From Vulcanimicrobiota bacterium (lineage in GTDB: Bacteria > Vulcanimicrobiota > Vulcanimicrobiia > Vulcanimicrobiales > Vulcanimicrobiaceae), in the NCBI GenBank assembly GCA_963748875.1, contig CAVVKC010000001.1, forward strand, positions 1,767,010 to 1,831,009: a stretch of 64,000 nt of DNA, read 5' to 3'. Within the stretch, counting starts at the first letter, position 1, and each line of letters begins with the position of its first letter. Below the pieces are notes generated by a model. The model ran no database searches and was not told where the DNA came from. It worked only from the letters and a program-made list of their open reading frames with translations. Shown here piece after piece: positions 17,178-26,797 of this stretch. The translations under genes and the position numbers were made by a program.

Positions 17178-19928
17178 TCACAGACGATACCGTAAGCGAA
17201 TCAGCGCCGTTCGCGCCATCGGGTACGCTTCGGGGACGTAGCCCGCCGTTCCGTAGTTCCAGGGCACGACCGGATTTTGTCCGTTATTCGTCGGTACGCC
17301 GTTGCCGAGGGTAAACAGGCATTTCTTGCAATACTGCGCTCCGTAAGCACGTTCGTAGAACAGGTTCCCGCCCGTGTACCCCGGCGGTCCAATAAGGTAA
17401 GGGTTCCCTTGAAGCTGGGTCGGCGTATACACCCCGAGGAGATTTACGACGTCGAACATGGCGGTCAAATGCGGTGAGAGATCGTATTCGAGGTGTAGGG
17501 ACGTTAGGGTCTGCGGCGTGGTGCGCAGCGTATTCGGATCGGTGCCTTCGCTCGTCCCCAGCGTCGTCATGTAGGGATTGGTCTGGGCGTTGAACGGTAA
17601 TGACGGGTTTTTGAGAAAGTAGTAGTTATAGCCGGGATTTACAAAGTTATCGTTCGGCACTAGTTTGGGTACGCCGTTAACTATCTCCCAAACCATCGTG
17701 CCGTTGCCGTACGGGTACCCGCTTTCGTACGAAAGCATCGGCGTGACGCGCAGGCGCCGGCGAGCGAAGGCGAACGCGTAAGAAGCGGTTGCCGTGAAGT
17801 CGGGAATGTAGTTGGCCGGAAAAAGGTGCCCTGCGAGGATCGCCGGGGCATTTAGATCGTTGAACGCGAACTGGTAGATGCTCGACGAATACGTGCGGTT
17901 GAAGTTGGCGCTGAGCGTGAAACCGCCGGCGCTCGTCCAAAGCTCCCACCCGTGCGATCGCAGCTGACCGGCATTCGTCGGAACGCCGATGGCGTTAGGG
18001 TTTTCGCCGGCGTTGGCTGCATTGCGGAAGTTTGTCGGCAACACGTCTATGACGTTCTTCTCGTTCACGACGAAGTAGGTGAGCCGAACCTGGATAGGCC
18101 CTCCGTGCTCGTAAGAGAGTGCATAATTGTCGGCGGTTTCCGGAGCTAACGGAAAGCTCGGTACCGAACCACCGGCATTGCCGCCGGAGTCGTTGCTGCA
18201 AGCGTTAGCCGGGACACAAGTTCGTTGCACCTCCAGCGGCAGCGGCGGCGTGGATGTATGGTCGAAGTTCGCCCTGAATCCGTTGAGACCGGCGGCTGTA
18301 TAGGCGACCGAAAGATGTGGGTCGAGGGCGCCATCGCCATAGATGACGCCGTCGCTGGTTTGGGAATGCTGCCCGACGTAGCGCAGCGAGCCCATAGCGG
18401 AAAAGTGCGGCGTCATGCTCCAGGTGTCGCTAAGGTATACGAGATATTGATTTAGGCGCGGCGCAGCCGTAATGATTTGCGGTACGGTCGGTACGATCTG
18501 GTAAATGTCACTCGTATTAACATCGTACTGCGCGCCGGCGCGTATATCGTGCTTTTCGTTGGCCTGGTCCTCGAAGTCGTATCCGATGCCATCCTCGCGC
18601 TGAGATTGAGTTGAATACAGCGAGATGACTCCATCGGAAAAGGAAAGGTCGTCCCATTCAGGGCCGTTCGCCACGGCACCGATCTGGGACTGAAAGAGTT
18701 GCAGCCGTCCCAGCGAGTGCGGCCAATCGTGAATCCATTGCAGCTTTTCAACACCATAGGTGCCGCGCGCAATTGAAGGTGTGTCGACTTGTGTATTCGG
18801 ATTCGCCGGTTGGCCCGGAAAGGCAACACCCGGGGCGTTGAAGGTCGACCACTTCAGCCCTTCGTATGGAGAGTCGTACTGTTGATACGCGGCCGCTCCA
18901 GTCAGAAACGTGGCGGAGAGGTCGTCGTGCGGCGTTGCCGCGTAGTGGACGTTTCCCGCTATCGCGTATTGCGAGCGTGTTTGGAAGCCCAATCCATATG
19001 TGCCCTGCTCGGCGGGGTAGAACGTAGATCCGTCGCCATATGCGAAATACTCATTGCCGACCGTTGACGACAGAGCGTATCGCCATTTTAAATCGGGCGT
19101 TGCTCCCTGCGCGCTAAACTTCAGCTCTCCGAGCTGCGCGCCAATACCGTCGGCAATCTCGAACGTCGACTTTGCCGGGTACGTGCCGACGAGCGGAATC
19201 TCGTTGACAACCCCACCTAACGCGTTTTGACTTTCGTCGCTATAGCCGCCCAACGTCACGGTATTGGCGCTGACTCCGGCGGTGCCAAGTTGGGCGCCTA
19301 CGATGTTTCCACCCGGCTCGGCGATCAGGCCCTGGGGAACGGGCACGGAATCGTAGTCGTAGACCGTATCCTGTACTTTGCCGCCGCGAACGATGATATT
19401 GGCAAACGAGTCCTGTTGAACTCCAGGGACGGCGGAAATCGCGCCTTGAATGGTGTCGCGGGAGTAGTTGGCTAGTCCGGAGGACGAGGCTTGCGGATTC
19501 CCAGCCTGAGCCTGCTCGCCCTGAACGGTGAAAATGTCCGCGGTGTTTCCGATCGTAAAGGCTTGATTCTTGACCTCTACCCGAGCGATTTCTTTGAGCG
19601 AGGGACGCAAGTTGAAACGAAGCAGCTCGTGCGCTCCGGGCAGCACGACGACGGTCATCGTGGATGGCTCGTAGCCTTTGAGCTCCACGCCGACCACGTA
19701 TGTATCCGGGGAGATGCCCAAGATCGTGAAGCGACCGGCGGCATCGCTCGTCGCAGAGTAACGGCCCGAAGGCGCGAGCGCGCTGACCAGAGCGCCGGGT
19801 AGCGGCTTTCCAGCCGTCGTGAGGACGGTACCTAGAATTGCACCGTTGGTAAGCTCGGCTCCGCGTGCTACAACGGCAGTGAGTACGATGGCGACGAACG
19901 CGCAGAATGAGCGCATGGGTGTTCGCAT
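17178..19928 (-). CDS. TonB-dependent receptor with N-terminal carboxypeptidase-regulatory-like domain (Oar-like)
   Basis: Signal peptide, then GTVLTTAGKPLPGALVSALAPSGRYSATSDAAGRFTILGISPDTY (CarboxypepD_reg). Plug-like IQGAISAVPGVQQDSFANIIVRGG. About 700 aa of beta-barrel sequence. Confidence 0.85.
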   Translation of the reverse strand: MRTPMRSFCAFVAIVLTAVVARGAELTNGAILGTVLTTAGKPLPGALVSALAPSGRYSATSDAAGRFTILGISPDTYVVGVELKGYEPSTMTVVVLPGAHELLRFNLRPSLKEIARVEVKNQAFTIGNTADIFTVQGEQAQAGNPQASSSGLANYSRDTIQGAISAVPGVQQDSFANIIVRGGKVQDTVYDYDSVPVPQGLIAEPGGNIVGAQLGTAGVSANTVTLGGYSDESQNALGGVVNEIPLVGTYPAKSTFEIADGIGAQLGELKFSAQGATPDLKWRYALSSTVGNEYFAYGDGSTFYPAEQGTYGLGFQTRSQYAIAGNVHYAATPHDDLSATFLTGAAAYQQYDSPYEGLKWSTFNAPGVAFPGQPANPNTQVDTPSIARGTYGVEKLQWIHDWPHSLGRLQLFQSQIGAVANGPEWDDLSFSDGVISLYSTQSQREDGIGYDFEDQANEKHDIRAGAQYDVNTSDIYQIVPTVPQIITAAPRLNQYLVYLSDTWSMTPHFSAMGSLRYVGQHSQTSDGVIYGDGALDPHLSVAYTAAGLNGFRANFDHTSTPPLPLEVQRTCVPANACSNDSGGNAGGSVPSFPLAPETADNYALSYEHGGPIQVRLTYFVVNEKNVIDVLPTNFRNAANAGENPNAIGVPTNAGQLRSHGWELWTSAGGFTLSANFNRTYSSSIYQFAFNDLNAPAILAGHLFPANYIPDFTATASYAFAFARRRLRVTPMLSYESGYPYGNGTMVWEIVNGVPKLVPNDNFVNPGYNYYFLKNPSLPFNAQTNPYMTTLGTSEGTDPNTLRTTPQTLTSLHLEYDLSPHLTAMFDVVNLLGVYTPTQLQGNPYLIGPPGYTGGNLFYERAYGAQYCKKCLFTLGNGVPTNNGQNPVVPWNYGTAGYVPEAYPMARTALIRLRYRL

Positions 19929-19977
19929 CCGTTCGGTCTCCCCTAGGGGAGATCGCGTCCTGCGCCCTCCCCGGATC

Positions 19978-20631
19978 TTATGCTATGAGATGAAGAGCAA
20001 AAATCGAACGGGGCGGCGCGCGCAGACCAAGGGAACCATCTAAGACGGCTAATGGACCGTGAACGACGTAGAGAACAAATGCAGAGTGCTGGACCATTCC
20101 GGGCGTCGTACTCTCGCCCCGAAGTTTGCGGAGAAACTCTGCGAAAACTTCGGCAACTAAGCCACTGGCGCGGCGCGCGGTGCGAATGGCGGCACGCAGC
20201 GCATAGTGCACGATCGCGCCCATTACAACAAAAGCGACAACAAGTGGCAACGCGTGCGACAGAACGACCGACCGTGGATCGAATGGCGACGAGCCACCGA
20301 ACCGCGTCTCGTACCCCTCCATGGCGATGACGCACAGCAGGCTGCCAACGAGCGAACAAGCTGTATCGACGAAGCGCGTTCGAAAATCGTCGATGCGGGA
20401 CAGAAGCGGGTCGTCCGGGTAAATGCGTGCGAGCAGGACGAATAGCGTCAGCGAGAGCGTCACAGCGGCACCGAAAAGCAGCGCCGGCAGGACTGCCTCG
20501 TGCTGGTTGTCCCGCAGCACGCCGCCCAGCCAGCCGCTGTTCCCAGCGAACTCGACGCTAACGTCCGAACCGACGGCCGTAAGAAGGGCGGTCGCAAGCA
20601 CCGCCCAGCCGCGGATGATCGCAAAGCGCAT
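19978..20631 (-). CDS. hypothetical integral membrane protein
   Basis: Internal ATG 20631 (MRFAIIRGWAVLATALL). The upstream part of ORF 19978..20970 is Arg-rich shadow sequence overlapping the neighbour. Confidence 0.5.
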   Translation of the reverse strand: MRFAIIRGWAVLATALLTAVGSDVSVEFAGNSGWLGGVLRDNQHEAVLPALLFGAAVTLSLTLFVLLARIYPDDPLLSRIDDFRTRFVDTACSLVGSLLCVIAMEGYETRFGGSSPFDPRSVVLSHALPLVVAFVVMGAIVHYALRAAIRTARRASGLVAEVFAEFLRKLRGESTTPGMVQHSAFVLYVVHGPLAVLDGSLGLRAPPRSIFALHLIA

Positions 20632-20699
20632 GCTCACTTTTAGCACGGATCGCAACGGTTCGCAAAGGCGTAGAGAAGTCGGGCGCAACCGCTGCGAGC

Positions 20700-21914
20700 T
20701 CACTTTTGGTGCGAGGGTAGCGTGTCTGGTGCGAGCAGATCGGCAAGCGCCCGGAAGAGATCGACGGCGCCGAGCCCGGCGTTGCCCTTGGCGTCGTACG
20801 CGCCGGGGCCGTTCGTCGCTTCCACCGCGATCGTCAGCTTCTGTGCCGGGAGGTAGCCGACTGCTCCCGAGGCGCCGGCGAATCCGAGCGTCTGCGTGAT
20901 CCAGGGGCCCGAAAGTATTACGCCGAGGCCGTAGCTCAATTCCGCCGTCCCTTGTTGGCAGGCAGGACATCCTGTCTGCACGTGCCCGAAACTGATAAGG
21001 GTGGGAGAGATCTGCGCTTTTGAGGACTCCAGCGATAAGAGCTTACCAGATGACACCGCCTCGAGCGATCGGCTCAGATCGCTGATGTCGGTCGTTTCGA
21101 CCGCGCCCTCAACCGTCGTCCATGAGGGATTCCAATACGTTGCCTCCTCATAAAACGGTAGATCCGGTTTGATGCCCAAAGTCGCGCGGCGTTCCGATGT
21201 AAACGCATGCAAAACCGGCTGTGGCACAACGGGCGTCGTGGACGCCGTCGTCTCTTTGAGCGCCATCGGCTCTAAAACGAACTGTCGGAGCGCATCGGCG
21301 AGGGGCATGCCCGCGATCTTTTCTAGGACGCGGCCGAGGATCACGTAGTTGGTGTGTGAGTACCCCCAGTTCGTGCCCGGTGCGAACTGGGCCGGCTTCG
21401 AGACTCCGATTTGGATCAACTCTTCGGGCGTCCACTGCCGGAACGGATCGCGGTAGAGAGCGTCCTGGAATTCGTCCTGATAGACGTAATCGGCATACCC
21501 GGAAGTCATTTGCGCGAGATCCTTTAGAGTGATTTGGTTCGCGCGCGGAAGGCCGGGAAAGAAGGTGGAGAGCTTGGTCTGGAGCGTGACTTTTCTCTGG
21601 TCGACGAGCTCGAGGAGCAGCGTCGCCATATATGTGAACGCCAGCGCACCGTTGCGAAAGTGCATGTCGTCAGTGGCCGGCACGCCGGTCATTGATTCGC
21701 CGAAGGCTCCGGTGTACACATCGTTAGCGTTCGAGCGCACTTGTACGATGGCAGCCCTTAAATGGTTCGCGGTCATGAAGCTGCGAACGACCTTTTGGAT
21801 CGAAGCGGTGGTGGACGCGTCGGCGGCGACCGAGCGACAGGGCGGCACCAGACTTACGACAACCGCGACTAGGACAGCGGCCGCATTCAAGATGCAGCGT
21901 GAGGTTTTCATCAA
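20700..21914 (-). CDS. beta-lactamase/DD-peptidase (R61-like) family protein with substituted catalytic motifs
   Basis: Signal peptide. FRNGALAFTYMATLLLELVDQRKVTL aligns to FRVGSVTKSF...LQLVDEGKL. WGYSHTNYVILG matches the YxN motif. See findings. Confidence 0.75.
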   Translation of the reverse strand: MMKTSRCILNAAAVLVAVVVSLVPPCRSVAADASTTASIQKVVRSFMTANHLRAAIVQVRSNANDVYTGAFGESMTGVPATDDMHFRNGALAFTYMATLLLELVDQRKVTLQTKLSTFFPGLPRANQITLKDLAQMTSGYADYVYQDEFQDALYRDPFRQWTPEELIQIGVSKPAQFAPGTNWGYSHTNYVILGRVLEKIAGMPLADALRQFVLEPMALKETTASTTPVVPQPVLHAFTSERRATLGIKPDLPFYEEATYWNPSWTTVEGAVETTDISDLSRSLEAVSSGKLLSLESSKAQISPTLISFGHVQTGCPACQQGTAELSYGLGVILSGPWITQTLGFAGASGAVGYLPAQKLTIAVEATNGPGAYDAKGNAGLGAVDLFRALADLLAPDTLPSHQK

Positions 21915-22062
21915 CGATGACCTGCGCGGCTGGACTCGCCCGGCCCTCTTTGATGGCGGACCCCTCGAGCCAACGCGGACTCGGCTCGGCGTACGAGGTT
22001 TAAAGTATAGCGTAACCTAACTTTACGAGGTATCGCTTGCTCTTACTAAGGAGGTCCATGTT

Positions 22063-22476
22063 ATGCGCCATCTCGATCGGTCGACCGCGATCGCATTGTT
22101 ATTCGCAATCCTTCCGTCGGTAGGCGTGGCGGCTCCCGCGTGGGAACCGGCAACCGCGACCAGCGTCAACGCCGGTGCTAGCCCGTCGACGTTTATCGTC
22201 CAGGCCTTCGTGACGTTGCCCCAGTCCTGCTATGCCGCGCGGATTCGGTCGACGCCGATTTCGCTTCATACGCCTCGATCGTTCTACGTCGAGCAACGGG
22301 CGCCGTCTTCAGCGTGCAGTAACAAAACTGCCTATAAGTGCACCGTCGTCAGCCCCGGCTTCCCCTTGCCCATTCCTCACATGATCGAAGTCGTCTCGAA
22401 GGGGCCGCAGAAATGGAAGGTCGCAGTCGCTACTGAAGAACCGGCGCCTGCTCCACCGCAATGCCGGAAGGACTAG
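22063..22476 (+). CDS. hypothetical secreted protein
   Basis: AAGGAGG RBS. Signal MRHLDRSTAIALLFAILPSVGVAAP. No family recognised. Confidence 0.55.
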   Translation: MRHLDRSTAIALLFAILPSVGVAAPAWEPATATSVNAGASPSTFIVQAFVTLPQSCYAARIRSTPISLHTPRSFYVEQRAPSSACSNKTAYKCTVVSPGFPLPIPHMIEVVSKGPQKWKVAVATEEPAPAPPQCRKD

Positions 22477-22487
22477 GACGACGGTAG

Positions 22488-23042
22488 CTATTGCGGCTGC
22501 GTCGCGACCGGAATCATCACGTGCGCGTACGGCGTATCGGGCCACATCACGTACGGTTTGGTTGGATCGGGATCGGAGGTAGCGGGATAGCCCAGCGACT
22601 TTGCGGCCGATCCGACGATCATCACATGCGGTCCCGTTTTGACCCAGTGATTGTCGGACGTGCTTGTTCTCGCATAGGGATCGGTGTTGCTCGCGCCGTT
22701 ATCGCCGGCTAGCATATAAACGAAGCCGATGCCGTCGGGGGGTGCGGCATGCTTCATCAACGCTTGGGCCCATAGCAAGGCGTTGGCGTCCAAACACATC
22801 GCGTCGTACGGATCGGCAAGCATGCAAGTAAAGCCGTTCGAGCCGCTCTGAAGCGTACGCATCGTGCCGTCTTTTTGCATCTGGACGACCGTTGCGCCCT
22901 TAACGACGGCTGGAGGCGCGGCGGCTGCAACCTTTGCCATATAATCGGAGTCCGACATCGTCGCGTCTTGGGCCCCTCCTGCGAGCGGCGCCAAGAACAA
23001 AGTGACTACGAGTCCAAAGGTTGCTGCAATGTTACGCGACAT
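22488..23042 (-). CDS. hypothetical secreted protein
   Basis: Signal MSRNIAATFGLVVTLFLAPLAGGAQD. Coding-like composition. No family recognised. Confidence 0.55.
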   Translation of the reverse strand: MSRNIAATFGLVVTLFLAPLAGGAQDATMSDSDYMAKVAAAAPPAVVKGATVVQMQKDGTMRTLQSGSNGFTCMLADPYDAMCLDANALLWAQALMKHAAPPDGIGFVYMLAGDNGASNTDPYARTSTSDNHWVKTGPHVMIVGSAAKSLGYPATSDPDPTKPYVMWPDTPYAHVMIPVATQPQ

Positions 23043-23077
23043 AAGTTTACCTCCACGTAGGAAAGGGATTCAAACCC

Positions 23078-24259
23078 TTAAGGTGCGACTTTGAAAATGG
23101 TTCCCATTTGGCTCGCACCGCCTAAGGACGTCGTGCCGTAGAGCACTCCGTTGACGGCTACAAGAGCTGCTCTTGGATCCGAACCTTCGGATGTCGCTTG
23201 GAACGCGTGGACGACGTGTTCCGTACCCGAAGTGCTCACGGCGAAGATGGTTCCAAGATTTGGCGTTCCACCGCCCGCGGTCGTACCGTAAAGCTCGCCT
23301 TTGATGGCAATTAGATTCGCTTCGGGATTGGCACCGTCCTTGCCACCTTTAAAGTCGTAGATCACGCGTTCGCCGCCTCCGGTCGTTGTGACGAAAGCCG
23401 TGCCGTTGAAGTGTTTGCCGCCGCCGTTGGTGGTGCCGTAAAGCTTGCCGCCGACGTTGATGAGCCCGGCCTCGGGTTCGGAACCGTCGAAGCCGCTGCC
23501 GAACGAGTGAATGACTTGCTCGCTGCCCGACTTGCTCGTTTTAAAAATCGTACCGGTGCCGTTCTTACCGCCGTCGGCGGTGGTTCCATAGAGGGTTGAC
23601 TTAACGACGACTAGGTTCGCGAACGGACCGATTCCATCGTTGCCGCCTTTGAAGTGGTAGATGACGTGTTCTTTGCCGGCGGTCGTAACGGAGAAGACCG
23701 TGCCACAGCCTAGCGTACAGTTCGTGCTGCCACCGCCGGCAACGGTCGCCCCGTAGAGCACGCCGCCGTCGGCGACGAGTGCGGCGTACGGCTGCGCGCC
23801 GTCGTTGCCGCCCGCGAAACTGTAGAGAAGATGCTCGTTTCCCGATTTGTCGATGCTGAAGATCGCTCCAAAGCCATGAGTGCCGCCCGCGGTCGTCGCT
23901 CCGTAGAACTTTCCCGAGAGCACGATGAGACCAGCCACCGGCAAGACCCCGTCCACGCCGCCGCTCCCAAAACTATACAAAACGCGCTCTTTGCCGCTGG
24001 TGCTGGTCGCAAAAACGGCGCCGGCGGCTCCCCGACCACCCGTCTGTGCCGTGCCGTACAACGTACCGTTCAGCGCGACCATCCCGGCTGCGGGCGAAGA
24101 GGCATCCGGAAGGCCTTTAAAGCTGTAGAGCGATGCAAAACCGGCGTCCGGACGCGACGCAAGCGGCGACGTGAGCTGCGCAGGCAGCGACCCCGAGCCG
24201 CCCGTATGCGCACAAGCCGAAAGAACGGCGCATGCCAGGATCGCCAATAAGCCCCTCAT
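23078..24259 (-). CDS. GloVer-type tandem-repeat lipoprotein
   Basis: Lipobox AVLSACAH. Seven or more repeats, e.g. VLYSFGSGGVDGVLPVAGLIVLSGKFYGATTAGGTHGFGAIFSI. Confidence 0.85.
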   Translation of the reverse strand: MRGLLAILACAVLSACAHTGGSGSLPAQLTSPLASRPDAGFASLYSFKGLPDASSPAAGMVALNGTLYGTAQTGGRGAAGAVFATSTSGKERVLYSFGSGGVDGVLPVAGLIVLSGKFYGATTAGGTHGFGAIFSIDKSGNEHLLYSFAGGNDGAQPYAALVADGGVLYGATVAGGGSTNCTLGCGTVFSVTTAGKEHVIYHFKGGNDGIGPFANLVVVKSTLYGTTADGGKNGTGTIFKTSKSGSEQVIHSFGSGFDGSEPEAGLINVGGKLYGTTNGGGKHFNGTAFVTTTGGGERVIYDFKGGKDGANPEANLIAIKGELYGTTAGGGTPNLGTIFAVSTSGTEHVVHAFQATSEGSDPRAALVAVNGVLYGTTSLGGASQMGTIFKVAP

Positions 24260-24495
24260 GTTGATGAACTTTACGACGCAATCGTCAAGAGAGTGTCAAG
24301 ATGGGCCGGTACGGCCATCAAGGTTCGCCGGTAGGCGCTGACTTCGCGGGCCGTTTGTCCCATGGATTACTTGGGCCGATTGGCTCACTTTGTCGTGCGA
24401 AGCGGTGTTAACCGCAGGCTGAGTCGCACGCCCGCTGAATGCATCGCAGCCTCCTCGATCGCGCAAGCATCAGACCTTCAGAAAGGATCTGCTCC

Positions 24496-24816
24496 ATGGC
24501 CACAACGACGAAGCTCGAACGGGACGCCGCCGTCCTCGACCCTCAACACTACACGGTAGAAGCCGAAAATGATACCGTCCGCGTGGTTCGTATTCGCTAC
24601 GGGAGCCGAGAGAAATCGGTCATGCACCAGCATCATCGCGGAATTAGCGTCTTCCTAACGGATGCCGACTTTATGTTCACCTTCTCGGATGGTAGAGTCG
24701 ATCGCGTTCACGCAAAAAAGGGCGATTTTTTAAGCTTCGAGGAGTCCTGGGAGCATAATGCGGAAAACAATACGGATCAGCCGTTCGAAGCGATTTACGT
24801 CGAAGTGAAGTCGTAG
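24496..24816 (+). CDS. cupin domain protein
   Basis: ATG 24496 after GAAAGGA. HQHHRGISVFL...GDFLSFEE..EHNAEN is cupin-like. Confidence 0.55.
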   Translation: MATTTKLERDAAVLDPQHYTVEAENDTVRVVRIRYGSREKSVMHQHHRGISVFLTDADFMFTFSDGRVDRVHAKKGDFLSFEESWEHNAENNTDQPFEAIYVEVKS

Positions 24817-24817
24817 C

Positions 24818-25822
24818 CTACTTCGCCTCCTGGAGAAGCTGCTGAACGTCGATTCCGCGTTTTACCGGCCACAAAAGACTCCACGATATACGCAGCGTTG
24901 TCTGCGGCGCAGTTAGCGGACGCACGACATTTGTATAGTACAGCAGTGCGAGCTGCATCAGCTGACCGTCGTCCTTAAAGGTCTTTGAAACGCCCCCGCC
25001 CAGCGGCACCGTCCATTTAGCTCCCGGCAGGCTCGCGTTCGAAGTCATGATCGGCGCGCTCGTGACCGCCCATCCGCCCTTCAGGTTGTAGTTAACGAAT
25101 GGCTGAACGAGAAAAGAGTTGACACTCGGACGATCGGGTAGGCCCGCGAACGACCACAGCTGCGTCACCAGCGCGCCGAGGACCCAACTCCCCGGCATTA
25201 CTAACGCAACGGCGTCGGGCCCGGCGGACCACTTGCCGGAGCCGAGCGTGTTCGGAGTCGCGGTGGGGAACTGGAAAATCGGTCCTACGGCCCAGATCAG
25301 CTCGCCCGGCTTCGTTTTTGGCGCGAAGAACAGCTGTTCTTGAACGTCGCTGAGGCCGAACGTGGAAGGACAACCGCCTGGCGAAGCACAGACCGCCGGC
25401 GACTCCGGCGAGGGTTGATTCAGGACCGGAACGATCGTTCGAGTGATGAGATTCATCTTGCTGCTCAGCATGATCGGGAAAACGGGCTGCACGTTGAGGT
25501 TGTACTGGAGACGAGTGTACGGGCCCACGCCGTAGTTGAAGTTGTTCTGGAATGGAACAATGCTGATGTTTCCAACTGGATTCTGCGAGGTCTTGATGAT
25601 CGCGAGCCGCAGCGCTTCCTGCTGCGCCGGCGTGAGTTTGCTCGGGTCGAAACCGCCGGTATCGGCATTCGTATTCTCACCCGCAGCCGATGGCGCAGCC
25701 GAGCTTGGAGACGGCGACGGTTCGGTTGTCTGCGCGCTCGTGGCCGCCGTTGCGGCCATCCAAAGCATCAGCGCGACAACCACGGCTGCGCAAGCGATTC
25801 TCGTTGCTTGGTGAGTGGCCAT
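24818..25822 (-). CDS. putative outer-membrane beta-barrel protein
   Basis: Signal peptide, then a Pro/Ser-rich linker. Alternating-hydrophobic strands follow (LQYNLNVQPVFPI, FLVQPFVNYNLKGGWAVTSAPIMT, LLYYTNVV). Confidence 0.5.
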   Translation of the reverse strand: MATHQATRIACAAVVVALMLWMAATAATSAQTTEPSPSPSSAAPSAAGENTNADTGGFDPSKLTPAQQEALRLAIIKTSQNPVGNISIVPFQNNFNYGVGPYTRLQYNLNVQPVFPIMLSSKMNLITRTIVPVLNQPSPESPAVCASPGGCPSTFGLSDVQEQLFFAPKTKPGELIWAVGPIFQFPTATPNTLGSGKWSAGPDAVALVMPGSWVLGALVTQLWSFAGLPDRPSVNSFLVQPFVNYNLKGGWAVTSAPIMTSNASLPGAKWTVPLGGGVSKTFKDDGQLMQLALLYYTNVVRPLTAPQTTLRISWSLLWPVKRGIDVQQLLQEAK

Positions 25823-25839
25823 CGCGAGCTACGTTTTAA

Positions 25840-26460
25840 GTGGCGCCGGCAAAGCCTCCCAAGACTCGGCGTCGGGGACTCGTGCCGGTACGTGCAGAAC
25901 GGCCTCGCGAGGTGACAGAATCCATCGCATCAATTCCGGTCATCGAAGCGCCGCGTCTCCGCCTGCGCGGGCACCGTCGCGACGACCTGTCGCACTGCGT
26001 GGCGATGTGGTCCGATCCGGACGTAACGAAGTTTATAAGCGGACGGGCAGCCTCCGAACAACAGACCTGGACGAGGCTGCTTTCGTACGTGGGACACTGG
26101 GCCCTAATGGGCTTCGGATATTGGGTCATCGAAGAGAAGGTGTCGGGTGATTTCGTTGGAGAGGTTGGCTTTGCGGACTTTAAACGAGACGTCGCGCCTT
26201 CGATGAGAGGTAGCCCGGAGCTAGGATTCGCCTTGGCCTCCCGCTTTCACGGGAAAGGATACGCTACGGAATCCGTGCGCGCGGCGCTCTCCTGGGCCGA
26301 TGCTCACATACCGCAGCCACGCACGGTGTGCTTAGTGAACCCGCAGAATCTGGCGTCGTTGCGAGTCGTAAAGAGATGTGGCTACGAACCGTTCGAGCAG
26401 AGCGTCATCAACGAGCAGCCGGTGCTGTTTCTTTCTCGTCCGAATCCGGCCCATCGCTAA
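25840..26460 (+). CDS. GNAT family N-acetyltransferase (RimJ/RimL-like)
   Basis: IEAPRLRLRGHRRDD, ...GFGYWVIEEKVSGDFVGEVGF..., FHGKGYATESVRAAL, NLASLRVVKRCGY. Start uncertain. Confidence 0.75.
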   Translation: MAPAKPPKTRRRGLVPVRAERPREVTESIASIPVIEAPRLRLRGHRRDDLSHCVAMWSDPDVTKFISGRAASEQQTWTRLLSYVGHWALMGFGYWVIEEKVSGDFVGEVGFADFKRDVAPSMRGSPELGFALASRFHGKGYATESVRAALSWADAHIPQPRTVCLVNPQNLASLRVVKRCGYEPFEQSVINEQPVLFLSRPNPAHR

Positions 26461-26554
26461 AACGCGATCGTCAGGAGAGTTAAGATACTGTCGCTTCCCA
26501 CCGTATTCCGTTGTAAGGCTTCGGATGCGTTGGCGATACTCAATCGTGGCGGAG

Positions 26555-26758
26555 TCACTTTCCTATCATCACCTCAGTGGCTTTAACGATGACGATCACC
26601 TCGTCGCCGATCTTCAATCCAAGGCGTTCTGTCGATGACGCCGTAATGGCTGCAATCATCGTGGCGGGCTCGATATCGACGGCTACCTCTGCCATCACCG
26701 CTCCGGTAGACACCGACTTCACGCGACCGCGAAGCTGATTGCGAGCGCTAATTTCCAT
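26555..26758 (-). CDS. mop: molybdenum-pterin-binding protein Mop (single TOBE domain)
   Basis: 67 aa. MEISARNQLRGRVKSVSTGAVMAEVAVDI......STERLGLKIGDEVIVIVKATEVMI is the classic Mop/TOBE sequence. Confidence 0.85.
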   Translation of the reverse strand: MEISARNQLRGRVKSVSTGAVMAEVAVDIEPATMIAAITASSTERLGLKIGDEVIVIVKATEVMIGK

Positions 26759-26797
26759 AGTCGATCCCTTTCGTCGCGTAGCAAAGGCTGGGCGAGA

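Noticed and set aside
19978-20970. N-terminal extensions of ORFs 19978..20970, 29469..30557, 41057..41740, 8810..9331 and 2143..3255 as given in the track.
   Set aside because: The extended parts are Arg-rich and non-membrane-like, and they overlap upstream genes. Internal ATGs give sensible signal or TM N-termini and ATGA-type coupling, so I used the shorter coordinates.
24273-24305. Shared motif ACGC(A/G)ATCGTCA(A/G)GAGAGT..AAGAT at 24273-24305 and 26462-26488, considered as a possible regulatory box.
   Set aside because: It is an 18/20 match between only two sites. A rough expectation for a 64-kb window is several such pairs by chance. The contexts also differ: one is upstream of a gene and the other lies between two 3' ends.
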